Positions 1-7,018 of a DNA stretch of 64,000 bases are shown here, one piece after another (the stretch's first letter is position 1; each line of letters opens with the position of its first letter). Source of the stretch: Candidatus Shapirobacteria bacterium. Its GTDB lineage: Bacteria; Patescibacteriota; Microgenomatia; UBA12405. A program made the translations under genes and the position numbers. Location of the stretch: assembly GCA_028704885.1 (NCBI GenBank), contig JAQWEN010000001.1, positions 427,999 through 491,998 of the forward strand, given 5' to 3'. The notes beneath the pieces were generated by a model, which did not search any database, had not been told where the DNA came from, and worked only from the letters and a program-made list of their open reading frames with translations.

Positions 1-44
1 TCGTTGATTAATTTTTTAAGACCTTCAAAATCAATGTTCATAAT

Positions 45-1013
45 TTATTTTTTGATTATTTTTTTAATATTGCAATATGTTTGCCACAATTTAAAATATT
101 TGGATAAAAAAATTTTATTTAATTTAATTTCGTCGTTGGAAATACTTCTGTTTATTTCTTCAATCTTTTTAATTAAATCTAAATTTTTTGATTGGTAGTA
201 AGATATCTCTTTATCTATTTCCTTATATATTTTTTCTAACTTTAGGTTTATTTCTGCTTTATAAGTTTGACAAACATTCAAATTAAATGTTTTATCGTAA
301 TAATGGGACCAGATGTCTGGAAAACAAAAAATATTATTTTGTTGAGGTTTTAGAAAGAGGACTCCAAGACCATGAGAATGGAAAAATTCTAGCGAAGAAT
401 ATTTGTTTTTCAGTTCATCCCAAAGTTTATAGACACCAAAGTCTTCTTTTTTTTCCGCAATATCATGAAACATGACAATACCATCTTTTTTTACCTTAGA
501 TATCCAATTATTAAAATCATGCCTAACTGCTTCGTAAGTGTGTAATCCGTCTATGTGTAATAAATCTATTGAATTGTCTTCAAATTCTAAAAGAGCATCG
601 TCAAAATATTTTTTAATTAAATTTATTTTTAGTGATTTATAAAATTTATCTTTTATTTCTTTAACTTCATTTAAAACAGTATTGTCATAAAATCCAGCTT
701 GTTTATCCCCTTCCCAACTATCGATTGCATATAAATTGCAGTCTAATTGCTCATCTTTTACTGCTTGGCACATAGAAAAGAAAGAAGTGCCTTTATGCGT
801 TCCTAATTCAACTATAGTTTTTGGTTTAATATTTCTAACTAAATCATAGGCAAAATATTTATGTCCTGCCCATGGCCAGTCTAAATCTGGAAAGATTGCT
901 TCATATTCAAATTTTGGATTATAAAACTCAAATTTTGTTAATATTTTTATATTATTGTCCATTTGAATATTTTTTAACTGCTGCGGTGGGGGTGGTGTCG
1001 CATTGAATTTCAT
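45..1013 (-). CDS. Class I SAM-dependent methyltransferase (Methyltransf_24-like) with a ~70-aa C-terminal coiled-coil-like tail
   Basis: Motifs IVELGTHKGTSFF (SAM-binding glycine-rich loop), AIDSWEGD and LLHIDGLHTYEAVRHDFNNW...DGIVMFHDI. The C-terminus EINLKLEKIYKEIDKEISYYQSKNLDLIKKIEEINRSISNDEIKLNKIF is heptad-like. It lies immediately downstream of wzt in the same operon. The first 17 aa overlap the wzt 3' end, and an internal ATG at 960-962 (MDNNIKIL) is an equally plausible start. Confidence 0.6.
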   Translation of the reverse strand: MKFNATPPPPQQLKNIQMDNNIKILTKFEFYNPKFEYEAIFPDLDWPWAGHKYFAYDLVRNIKPKTIVELGTHKGTSFFSMCQAVKDEQLDCNLYAIDSWEGDKQAGFYDNTVLNEVKEIKDKFYKSLKINLIKKYFDDALLEFEDNSIDLLHIDGLHTYEAVRHDFNNWISKVKKDGIVMFHDIAEKKEDFGVYKLWDELKNKYSSLEFFHSHGLGVLFLKPQQNNIFCFPDIWSHYYDKTFNLNVCQTYKAEINLKLEKIYKEIDKEISYYQSKNLDLIKKIEEINRSISNDEIKLNKIFLSKYFKLWQTYCNIKKIIKK

Positions 1014-1782
1014 GGTGGTTTAGATAGATGGCACGAGTGCAGAATTTTTCAACTTGGCCAAGGCTATGGGAAACAAAAATTATAGTAATATCTTTTGATT
1101 TTTTAAATTCTTCCATTTTGGCAAAACATTTTTCTTGGAAAGCAGAGTCACCTACCGCAAGAATTTCATCGACAATTAAAATTTCTGGATGAACGTGAAT
1201 AGCCACGGCAAAAGCCAGGCGCATATACATACCTGAAGAATAATGTTTGACTGGTTGGTCTATAAATTCCCAAAGTTCAGCAAAATCAACAATTGATTTG
1301 TAACTTTGATCGATTTCTTTGCGTTTAAGGCCAAGAATGGCACCATTTAGATAAATATTTTCTTTACCAGTTAGTTCTGGATGGAAACCGGCACCAAGCT
1401 CGATTAGAGGTGAGATTTTGCCCTTGACATATACTTTTCCACTAGTAGGCCACATAACACCGGCAATGAGCTTTAGAATAGTAGATTTACCACTGCCATT
1501 GGGGCCGATAATGCCAACCGTCTCCCCTTTTTTTATTTCAAAACTAATGTCATTTAGGGCCGTAAAACTTTCACTAGTTTTTTCGCCGCGAATTAGAGCG
1601 GGAAGAAATTCTTTGAAGGTTTTATGACTTAATTTGCTAAATTGTTTGGAAACATGATCAAATTTAATGACTATTTGATCTGGTTCGCTAGTACGCTGGT
1701 TCGCTAGTACGCTGGAACTTTGAAGTTTTGGTTCGCTAGTTCGCTGGTTCGCTGGAACTTTTGAACTCTGTTTATTGATCAT
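952..1782 (-). CDS. wzt: ABC transporter ATP-binding protein for a polysaccharide exporter (Wzt/TagH/KpsT-like), lacking a C-terminal carbohydrate-binding domain
   Basis: Walker A GIIGPNGSGKSTILKLIAG, the ABC signature YSSGMYMRLAFAVAI and Walker B ILIVDEILAVGD. It sits next to an ABC-2 permease. About 35 aa precede the usual N-terminal IVIKFDHVSKQF motif, and that extension is encoded by a tandem DNA repeat. Confidence 0.8.
   Translation of the reverse strand: MINKQSSKVPANQRTSEPKLQSSSVLANQRTSEPDQIVIKFDHVSKQFSKLSHKTFKEFLPALIRGEKTSESFTALNDISFEIKKGETVGIIGPNGSGKSTILKLIAGVMWPTSGKVYVKGKISPLIELGAGFHPELTGKENIYLNGAILGLKRKEIDQSYKSIVDFAELWEFIDQPVKHYSSGMYMRLAFAVAIHVHPEILIVDEILAVGDSAFQEKCFAKMEEFKKSKDITIIFVSHSLGQVEKFCTRAIYLNHHEIQCDTTPTAAVKKYSNGQ
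1681..1768. repeat. Degenerate tandem repeat with 16-nt periodicity (units tggttcgctagtacgc x2, tggaactttgaagttt, tggttcgctagttcgc, tggttcgc, tggaacttttgaactc), lying inside the 5' end of wzt
   Basis: Read directly from the sequence. It encodes the 48-nt-periodic peptide PANQRTSEP...ANQRTSEP in the Wzt N-terminal extension. A related copy lies at 2142-2170 on the other side of the four-helix-bundle gene. Confidence 0.7.
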
Positions 1783-2134
1783 TGTTATATTTTACCTTAG
1801 TAATAAAAGAATTTAGCATTTTAGCTAATGATTCATATTGATCTAAAAGAGCTTTTGCTTGTGATTTTTCAATATAACCTATGTCTTGGCTAAAAAGTAT
1901 AAAATTTTGAGTTTCATAAAGAGAACCTTTGGACTGATACAGGAATTGAATAAATTCTTTGTTGCCCTTACGTCCAAAACCTTCGGCAATATTAGCAGAG
2001 ATAGAAGTGGATGCTCTTTGTAGTTGAGATATTATTCCAAATATTTCTGATTTTGGAAATGTTTGGGTTATCTTATATATGGAAATAGCTAGTTTATTAG
2101 CTTCTTTCCAAATGTTTAAATCTGTAAAATTCAT
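1772..2134 (-). CDS. Four-helix-bundle protein of the 23S rRNA intervening-sequence protein family (TIGR02436/PF05635-like; same family as DGR Avd)
   Basis: 120 aa with the family hallmarks W.EA..L...IY..T..FPK.E..G...Q..RA..SI.ANIAEG..R....EF..FL..S.GS..E.Q. Its stop overlaps the wzt start by 11 nt. It is bracketed by copies of the GGTTCGCTAGTAC(G/A)CTGGTTCG repeat. Confidence 0.8.
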   Translation of the reverse strand: MNFTDLNIWKEANKLAISIYKITQTFPKSEIFGIISQLQRASTSISANIAEGFGRKGNKEFIQFLYQSKGSLYETQNFILFSQDIGYIEKSQAKALLDQYESLAKMLNSFITKVKYNNDQ

Positions 2135-2141
2135 GTTAATT

Positions 2142-2170
2142 TAGTTCGCTAGTACACTGGTTCGTTAGTT
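2142..2170. repeat. Single copy of the tagttcgctagtacactggttcgttagtt repeat, upstream of the four-helix-bundle gene
   Basis: It matches the 1681-1712 units at about 25 of 29 positions and forms the right-hand bracket of the four-helix-bundle gene. Confidence 0.5.
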
Positions 2171-2190
2171 TTTAATTTTTTAATTTGTAG

Positions 2191-2222
2191 TAGACTAGAA
2201 GTCTAGAGAACTAGAGCTCTAG
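2191..2222. promoter_or_regulatory. CTAG-rich segment with a perfect 12-nt palindrome CTAGAGCTCTAG (2211-2222); candidate operator or protein-binding site
   Basis: tagactagaagtctagagaactagagctctag carries 5 CTAG tetramers in 32 nt. It lies between the wzm stop and the four-helix-bundle gene start. Confidence 0.3.
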
Positions 2223-2234
2223 CGCACTAAAAAT

Positions 2235-3035
2235 CTAAATGTTATCGGCGAAGATTTTTTCGCGAGATTTAAAATAACGAAGACCAAATAAAAGAACAAC
2301 AAAGGAAAGAATAGTGGCAATTATGAGACTAGAATATTTTGGAACTCCACCGCTAAGAATAACTTGACGATAAGCATTAGTAATAACAGCCATAGGATTT
2401 AATTGAAAAATGATCTTATATTTTGCAGGAATCATGTCGGCTGAGTAAATTATCGGGGTGACATACATCCATAAAAGTAAAATCATAGATAATAAATATT
2501 GAACGTCGCGATAAAGAAGATTGGCAGCAGCAAAGAAAAGAGATAGACCGAGAGTGAAAATTTGTTGAATGAAAAAGATTGGAATAACCCAAAGAATATT
2601 AATATTTATGGGCATGTGATAGGCAATCATATAGATGATTAAAACTATGTTGGCAAAAAGGAAATCAATTATTTTGGCGATGATAGTGGAAATTACTAAT
2701 ATAGTTCGGGGAAAATAAATTTTAGTAATTAAACCACCGGCACTAACCAGAGAAGCAGAGGCAGAAGAAAGAGAATTGGAAAAAAGAGTCCACGGTAAGA
2801 GGGCGACAAAAAGAAATATAGAATAAGGAATGTGTCCCGAAGAATAAGTTGGAATGCGCATAATAATGGAAAAGGCAAAAGACATAACCAACATTTGGGC
2901 CAAAGGATTTAAAATTACCCAAAAATAACCAAGAATGGATTGTTTATAGCGGGCTTTAACTTCACGGCCAACCATCTGCCAAAGTAATTCGCGCCATTTA
3001 TGAATAGCTTGGATTTCTTTTATAAGCGATAACAT
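2235..3035 (-). CDS. wzm: ABC-2 type polysaccharide exporter permease (Wzm/TagG/KpsM-like)
   Basis: N-terminus WRELLWQMVGREVKARYKQSILGYFWVILNPLAQMLVMSFAFSII is the classic ABC-2 permease signature. The protein is 266 aa with about 6 TM segments and sits upstream of wzt. Confidence 0.8.
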   Translation of the reverse strand: MLSLIKEIQAIHKWRELLWQMVGREVKARYKQSILGYFWVILNPLAQMLVMSFAFSIIMRIPTYSSGHIPYSIFLFVALLPWTLFSNSLSSASASLVSAGGLITKIYFPRTILVISTIIAKIIDFLFANIVLIIYMIAYHMPININILWVIPIFFIQQIFTLGLSLFFAAANLLYRDVQYLLSMILLLWMYVTPIIYSADMIPAKYKIIFQLNPMAVITNAYRQVILSGGVPKYSSLIIATILSFVVLLFGLRYFKSREKIFADNI

Positions 3036-3074
3036 GCATTAGTTTATCAGATTTCAGATGTCAGATATTAATTA

Positions 3075-3141
3075 AAACCCACTCGCCCTTCGGGCACCCT
3101 CTACCCTCTCCGGGGTATCTATGGACCTTGACAAGGAGGGC
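3075..3141. other. GC-rich structured intergenic element E1 (AAACCCACTC ... CCCTC/GAGGG hairpin ... CTT), with an inner GCCC-TTCG-GGGC tetraloop hairpin
   Basis: About 60% GC in a genome that is about 28-30% GC. It lies between co-directional minus-strand genes, and a related element sits at 5219-5262. Confidence 0.35.
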
Positions 3142-4215
3142 TTAATTATTTTTTACTCTCGATTGACGGAAGAGATTGATGGGATTAATAATAAATTTTA
3201 AAATGATTATGGAAAAGATAATGGAAAAAATAGTGGTGGCGAGACCTAAAAATTGATGTGGCAAAGCAGTGAAATGAGTTAAAATGTCGATGATTAAAAA
3301 ATGAGAAATGTAGACTGGAAATGAAAGTTCGCCGATAAATCGGTCAATTTTATTGTTTTTGAATAAATTGAAGATAAAGGGAATAAAAATAAAACTAAAT
3401 AAGAATAAAACTAATTGTTTGGTGCGTTCATGAGGTAAAAATTGGTAATAAATTAAAAAAGAGAAATAAAAAAGGAAACTATAAATGGATAATTTTTGGA
3501 AATCTTTTGTTTTTAGATATCGATAAATTCGATACATCAAAATTCCTGATAAAAAGAAAATTAATTCAGTGGGAAAAAAGCGATAGTTCCATGGATCATG
3601 ATTTAATCCCCGGCTATACAAAAATAGTCTTAATCCAAAACTTAGAGACATTATTAATAGTAGATACCGATTTTTGAAGCGATTTAAAAATGGAGCCAGA
3701 AAATAAAAAAATAGTTCAAGGCTTAGTGTCCAAGCTTGACTGATAAAGAAAAAATTATAAATTTCTGGTTTAAATAATCGGAAATTGGAAGTAAAAAAAA
3801 GAGAACCGGTGGTGGTGTTTAGGCCAAAAAAAAGCAGAATATCTTGACCAAAAATAATCAAATTACTGGTGATAAAAGTTATAAAAGTGAAAGGATTTAA
3901 GTTGTAGTTTTTGTTAAATAAAGCAAAGACATTTGGAGAATTTTGGTTTAAATAAAAATAAATTAGCTCAAAAATTATGGCAAATATTAAAACCAGCCAG
4001 TAAGTAGGAAATATTTTTAAAAAACGATTGCTGATAAATAATTTATAGTCAGATTTTTTGTTATATTTTTCAGTTAAAATCAAAGCCATGTAAAAACCGG
4101 AAATCATAAAGAAAACTTCGACAGCCATTTGGCCTTGAATAAAATTGAGGCCAAAAATTGGACTAGTGTGGGCAGTGATAACGGAAATAGCGAGTAATAA
4201 TCTGATTAAACCCAT
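3142..4215 (-). CDS. Acyltransferase family 3 (OafA/YrhL-like membrane O-acyltransferase)
   Basis: N-terminus MGLIRLLLAISVITAHTSPIFGL...VEVFFMISGFYMA (the R..L..A.V..H...VFF.ISGF hallmark) and about 10 TM helices over 357 aa. Confidence 0.75.
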   Translation of the reverse strand: MGLIRLLLAISVITAHTSPIFGLNFIQGQMAVEVFFMISGFYMALILTEKYNKKSDYKLFISNRFLKIFPTYWLVLIFAIIFELIYFYLNQNSPNVFALFNKNYNLNPFTFITFITSNLIIFGQDILLFFGLNTTTGSLFFTSNFRLFKPEIYNFFFISQAWTLSLELFFYFLAPFLNRFKNRYLLLIMSLSFGLRLFLYSRGLNHDPWNYRFFPTELIFFLSGILMYRIYRYLKTKDFQKLSIYSFLFYFSFLIYYQFLPHERTKQLVLFLFSFIFIPFIFNLFKNNKIDRFIGELSFPVYISHFLIIDILTHFTALPHQFLGLATTIFSIIFSIIILKFIINPINLFRQSRVKNN

Positions 4216-4223
4216 GTGTAAAG

Positions 4224-4236
4224 TATAATATGAATT
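4224..4236 (+). promoter_or_regulatory. -10 box TATAAT (4224-4229) 7 nt upstream of the yvcK ATG; candidate leaderless promoter
   Basis: The divergent intergenic gap is only 21 nt. There is no Shine-Dalgarno sequence, and the hexamer-to-ATG spacing equals the usual -10-to-TSS distance. Confidence 0.35.
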
Positions 4237-5214
4237 ATGAACAAAAATTTGAAGGTGTGTACGATTGGCGGTGGGTCGGGAATGCCAATTGTAAATAAGG
4301 CCTTAATTAGGGCAGGATTTGAAAATATTAAATCGATTGTGACGACTTTTGACAGTGGTGGAGATAGCGGAAGAATGAGGACAGATGAAAGAGGCAGAAT
4401 TTTAGCTTTTTCTGATTATTGGCGAGCCTTAATCTCTCTTTGGGATGATGGTAAACAAAAAGAAATTTGGACAGAGATGCTTCGATTTAGAGATGGTAGA
4501 GGCAGAAATTTTGGAAATATGTTTTTTCAATTTCTGTCAGAAAAAGAAGGAAAATTGTCCGATGTTGATTCGATGTTTGAGGCTTTAACTGGAGCTAAAT
4601 TAAAAGGGTCAGTAATACCAGTTTCAACAGATTCGGCTAATTTTTGTTTTAAGACAATAAGCGGTAAAGAATATTGCGGAGAACATAATTTAGATGATTT
4701 AAGAATGTCATTAGATAAAGTGGACGATATTTGGTTAACACCAGAAGTTAAAGCAAATAAAGAAGCGATTGATTCTATAATTGAGGCGGATGTAATTATT
4801 GTTTGTCCAGGAAGTATGTATGGATCAATTTTAATTAATTTTTTGCCACAAGGCATGATTGAGGCTTATAAAAAAAGTAAAGCTAAAAAAATATTGATGA
4901 CTAATATTTCATCAGTGGCTAATGAAAACGATGATTTTAATCAAGATGATTATGTGGCCACTTTTGAAAAGTATTTAAAAACCAAATCCCCTTTTGATTT
5001 GATTTTGATGGCTGATATGGACTGTTTGGATCAAACTTTATTAAAAAAAGTTTTAAAACTTTATGCTTTAGAACATTCTTTTCCGATTAAATTTAATAAG
5101 AAAAGCAAGGAAAAAACAGTAATGGTTGATATTGTTAAAATTGAGGAAAAAAATATGAGATTAAGACATAGTGAGGAGAAATTAAGAGAGGTATTTAGAA
5201 CACTGAAACTCTAA
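4237..5214 (+). CDS. yvcK: YvcK/UPF0052 family protein (gluconeogenesis-factor / CofD-like UDP-sugar-binding protein)
   Basis: VCTIGGGSGMPIVNKALIRAGF...IVTTFDSGGDSGRMR matches B. subtilis YvcK VVFGGGTGL...IVTVADDGGSSGRLR, and IIVCPGSMYGSILINFLPQG matches IVIGPGSLYTSVLPNLLVPG. The protein is 325 aa. Confidence 0.75.
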   Translation: MNKNLKVCTIGGGSGMPIVNKALIRAGFENIKSIVTTFDSGGDSGRMRTDERGRILAFSDYWRALISLWDDGKQKEIWTEMLRFRDGRGRNFGNMFFQFLSEKEGKLSDVDSMFEALTGAKLKGSVIPVSTDSANFCFKTISGKEYCGEHNLDDLRMSLDKVDDIWLTPEVKANKEAIDSIIEADVIIVCPGSMYGSILINFLPQGMIEAYKKSKAKKILMTNISSVANENDDFNQDDYVATFEKYLKTKSPFDLILMADMDCLDQTLLKKVLKLYALEHSFPIKFNKKSKEKTVMVDIVKIEEKNMRLRHSEEKLREVFRTLKL

Positions 5215-5218
5215 AACG

Positions 5219-5262
5219 AAACCCACTCCTAAATCCCCTCCCTTGAGGAAATGAGGGGACTT
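5219..5262. other. GC-rich structured intergenic element E2 (AAACCCACTC ... CCCCTC / GAGGGG 6-bp stem ... ACTT), related to E1
   Basis: Stem 5235-5240 pairs with 5253-5258. It lies between yvcK and the TMTC-like gene and shares its 5' decamer and stem chemistry with 3075-3141. Confidence 0.35.
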
Positions 5263-7018
5263 GGTAAAATCAAATATGTCACAGAAAAAACTTAAGAAAT
5301 TAAGAAAATTGGAAGCTGTAAATTTAGTAAAAGAAGTAATTTTGGAGCCGGTTGCGGGTTTTAGGCAAATTATTAAAGAAAATTGGAAATTTTTATTAGC
5401 CTTGATAGTTGGTGTTTTTATATTGTACTTAAATAGTTTGCATGGAGACTTTGTTTCTGATGATTATGCTTCGATAACTCAATATGCTGATATTAAAAAT
5501 CTTTCTGTTGTATTGAAAAAGCCAAATTTACCAGGATTTACTAATAGTGTTTTGGCAATAATATTTGGAATTACTAGCTCTTTTCCTTATCACTTAACTA
5601 ATTTAATTTTATATTTATTGATTTTAATAGTGGCTTTTGTTTTTGTTTTTTTAATAACAAGAAACAAAATAACATCAATGTTAACTTTGGTTTTATATGC
5701 GGTTTTACCTGTTCATGCAGAAACAATTTCATGGATTTCTGGAAGACCTTATCTATTTGTTGCTTTGTTTGTTCTTTTGTCCTTGGATTTGTTAATTTTG
5801 TTTTTAAATAAAAAACAACCTAAATATTTATGGCTAATGTTACCGACTCTAATTCTATTATTTTTGACAGATAGAATTAGAGGGTTTGCAATTGTAATTT
5901 TGTCAGTTTTATATTTCTTGACGTATAAAAATGAACTTGGTTATAAATTTAAAATAGGTAAAATTTTAATTGCAGCAATAGTGGTGACGGTAACCCTAGC
6001 GATTATTTCCTGGCCAATGATTCAGGCCAGAATTGGAGATGTTAATAGTGGTTATAACGGTTCTGAAAGTGTTTTTTATAATCCATTTTTCCAATATCCA
6101 ACTTCAATAGCTAAATATTTGCAAATAATGCTTTTTCCGGTTGATATGACTTTGTATCATACGATGTATATTTTGCCGGTTTGGTTAAATTGGATGATAC
6201 TTTTGACATTTTTAGCTTCGATTGGATATTTTTTCTTTAAAGATAAAAAAATGTTTTTTGCTTTAGCATTTATATTTTTAGCAGCGGCACCATCAATGGC
6301 GCCAGTAAAAGTTAGTTGGCTGGTAGCGGAAAGATATGTATTACTTGGAAGTTTAGGTCTTTGTTTATTTTTAATATTATTTTTTCAAAGATTTGATAAA
6401 AAATGGAAAATTCCATTTTTGATTTTATTTGTAATTTTTACTGGACTATATTCTGCAAGAGTTTATCTAAGAAACATAGATTGGAAAACAAATCACAACT
6501 TGTGGGTTAGTACTTGTCAGTATTCACCAAATAGTCATAATGCTTGGAATAATATTGGGGATGATTACGATAAATTGGCTCAATTAGAAACAACTCCTGA
6601 AGGACAAATGAATCAATATTTGAATTCAATTAAAGGTTTTACTAGATCGACAATTGTTAAAACTAATTATGCTGATGCTTTTCATAATAGAGCTAACATT
6701 TTTTACAAAATAGGAAGATATGATTTGGCTAGAGATAGTTATGAAACTGCTCTTTATTATGGACCAAATCTTTATCAAAGTTATTTTAGTCTTTTACAAA
6801 TCGATTTGAGTGAAAAAAGATATGATTTGGCGATGGATCATTTAAATAAATTACATAAGGCTAAACCAAATGATATTCAGGTTTATTATGTGACGGCAGT
6901 AGTATATGCGAATGCTGGAATGAAAGATGAAGCTAAAAAATTATTGACACAAATATTACAAGCCTACCCTGAATTTCAACAAGCAAAAGATTTGTTAGAT
7001 CAGTTAAATAAAATGTGA
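5261..7018 (+). CDS. TMTC-like GT-C membrane glycosyltransferase (DD-motif N-terminal membrane domain plus C-terminal TPR repeats)
   Basis: GDFVSDDYASITQYADIKN follows TM1 and matches the TMTC/DUF1736 DF..DD motif. About 10 TM helices are followed by TPR-like repeats (YYKIGRYDLARDSYETALYYGPN..., AVVYANAGMKDEAKKLL). The track start is TTG 5261, and ATG 5276 (MSQKKLKK) is more plausible. Confidence 0.6.
   Translation: MVKSNMSQKKLKKLRKLEAVNLVKEVILEPVAGFRQIIKENWKFLLALIVGVFILYLNSLHGDFVSDDYASITQYADIKNLSVVLKKPNLPGFTNSVLAIIFGITSSFPYHLTNLILYLLILIVAFVFVFLITRNKITSMLTLVLYAVLPVHAETISWISGRPYLFVALFVLLSLDLLILFLNKKQPKYLWLMLPTLILLFLTDRIRGFAIVILSVLYFLTYKNELGYKFKIGKILIAAIVVTVTLAIISWPMIQARIGDVNSGYNGSESVFYNPFFQYPTSIAKYLQIMLFPVDMTLYHTMYILPVWLNWMILLTFLASIGYFFFKDKKMFFALAFIFLAAAPSMAPVKVSWLVAERYVLLGSLGLCLFLILFFQRFDKKWKIPFLILFVIFTGLYSARVYLRNIDWKTNHNLWVSTCQYSPNSHNAWNNIGDDYDKLAQLETTPEGQMNQYLNSIKGFTRSTIVKTNYADAFHNRANIFYKIGRYDLARDSYETALYYGPNLYQSYFSLLQIDLSEKRYDLAMDHLNKLHKAKPNDIQVYYVTAVVYANAGMKDEAKKLLTQILQAYPEFQQAKDLLDQLNKM

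Noticed and set aside
1681-1768. CRISPR array
   Set aside because: The repeats are contiguous 16-nt units without spacers and lie inside a coding sequence. The window holds no cas genes.
1681-2170. Possible diversity-generating retroelement, since the four-helix-bundle protein belongs to the Avd family
   Set aside because: The window holds no reverse transcriptase ORF. The flanking repeats are 16-nt units totalling under 90 nt, not a TR/VR pair of 60 nt or more with adenine-specific mismatches. Stand-alone 4HB genes are common.
3075-3141. GC-rich intergenic patches as tRNA or other canonical RNA genes
   Set aside because: At 45-65 nt they have no GTTC(G/A)A T-loop or acceptor/anticodon cloverleaf pairing. 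They are better explained as hairpin or REP-like elements.
4527-4856. Short ORFs nested antisense or out of frame within long genes (4527-4856, 13565-13753, 15048-15290, 21947-22153, 28911-29138, 35065-35259, 41103-41291, 53490-53925, 62707-63034 and others)
   Set aside because: All lie wholly inside well-supported longer CDSs on the other strand or in another frame. Their translations are low-complexity or hydrophobic AT-rich codon artefacts with no motifs. Spurious ORFs of this kind are expected in AT-rich DNA.
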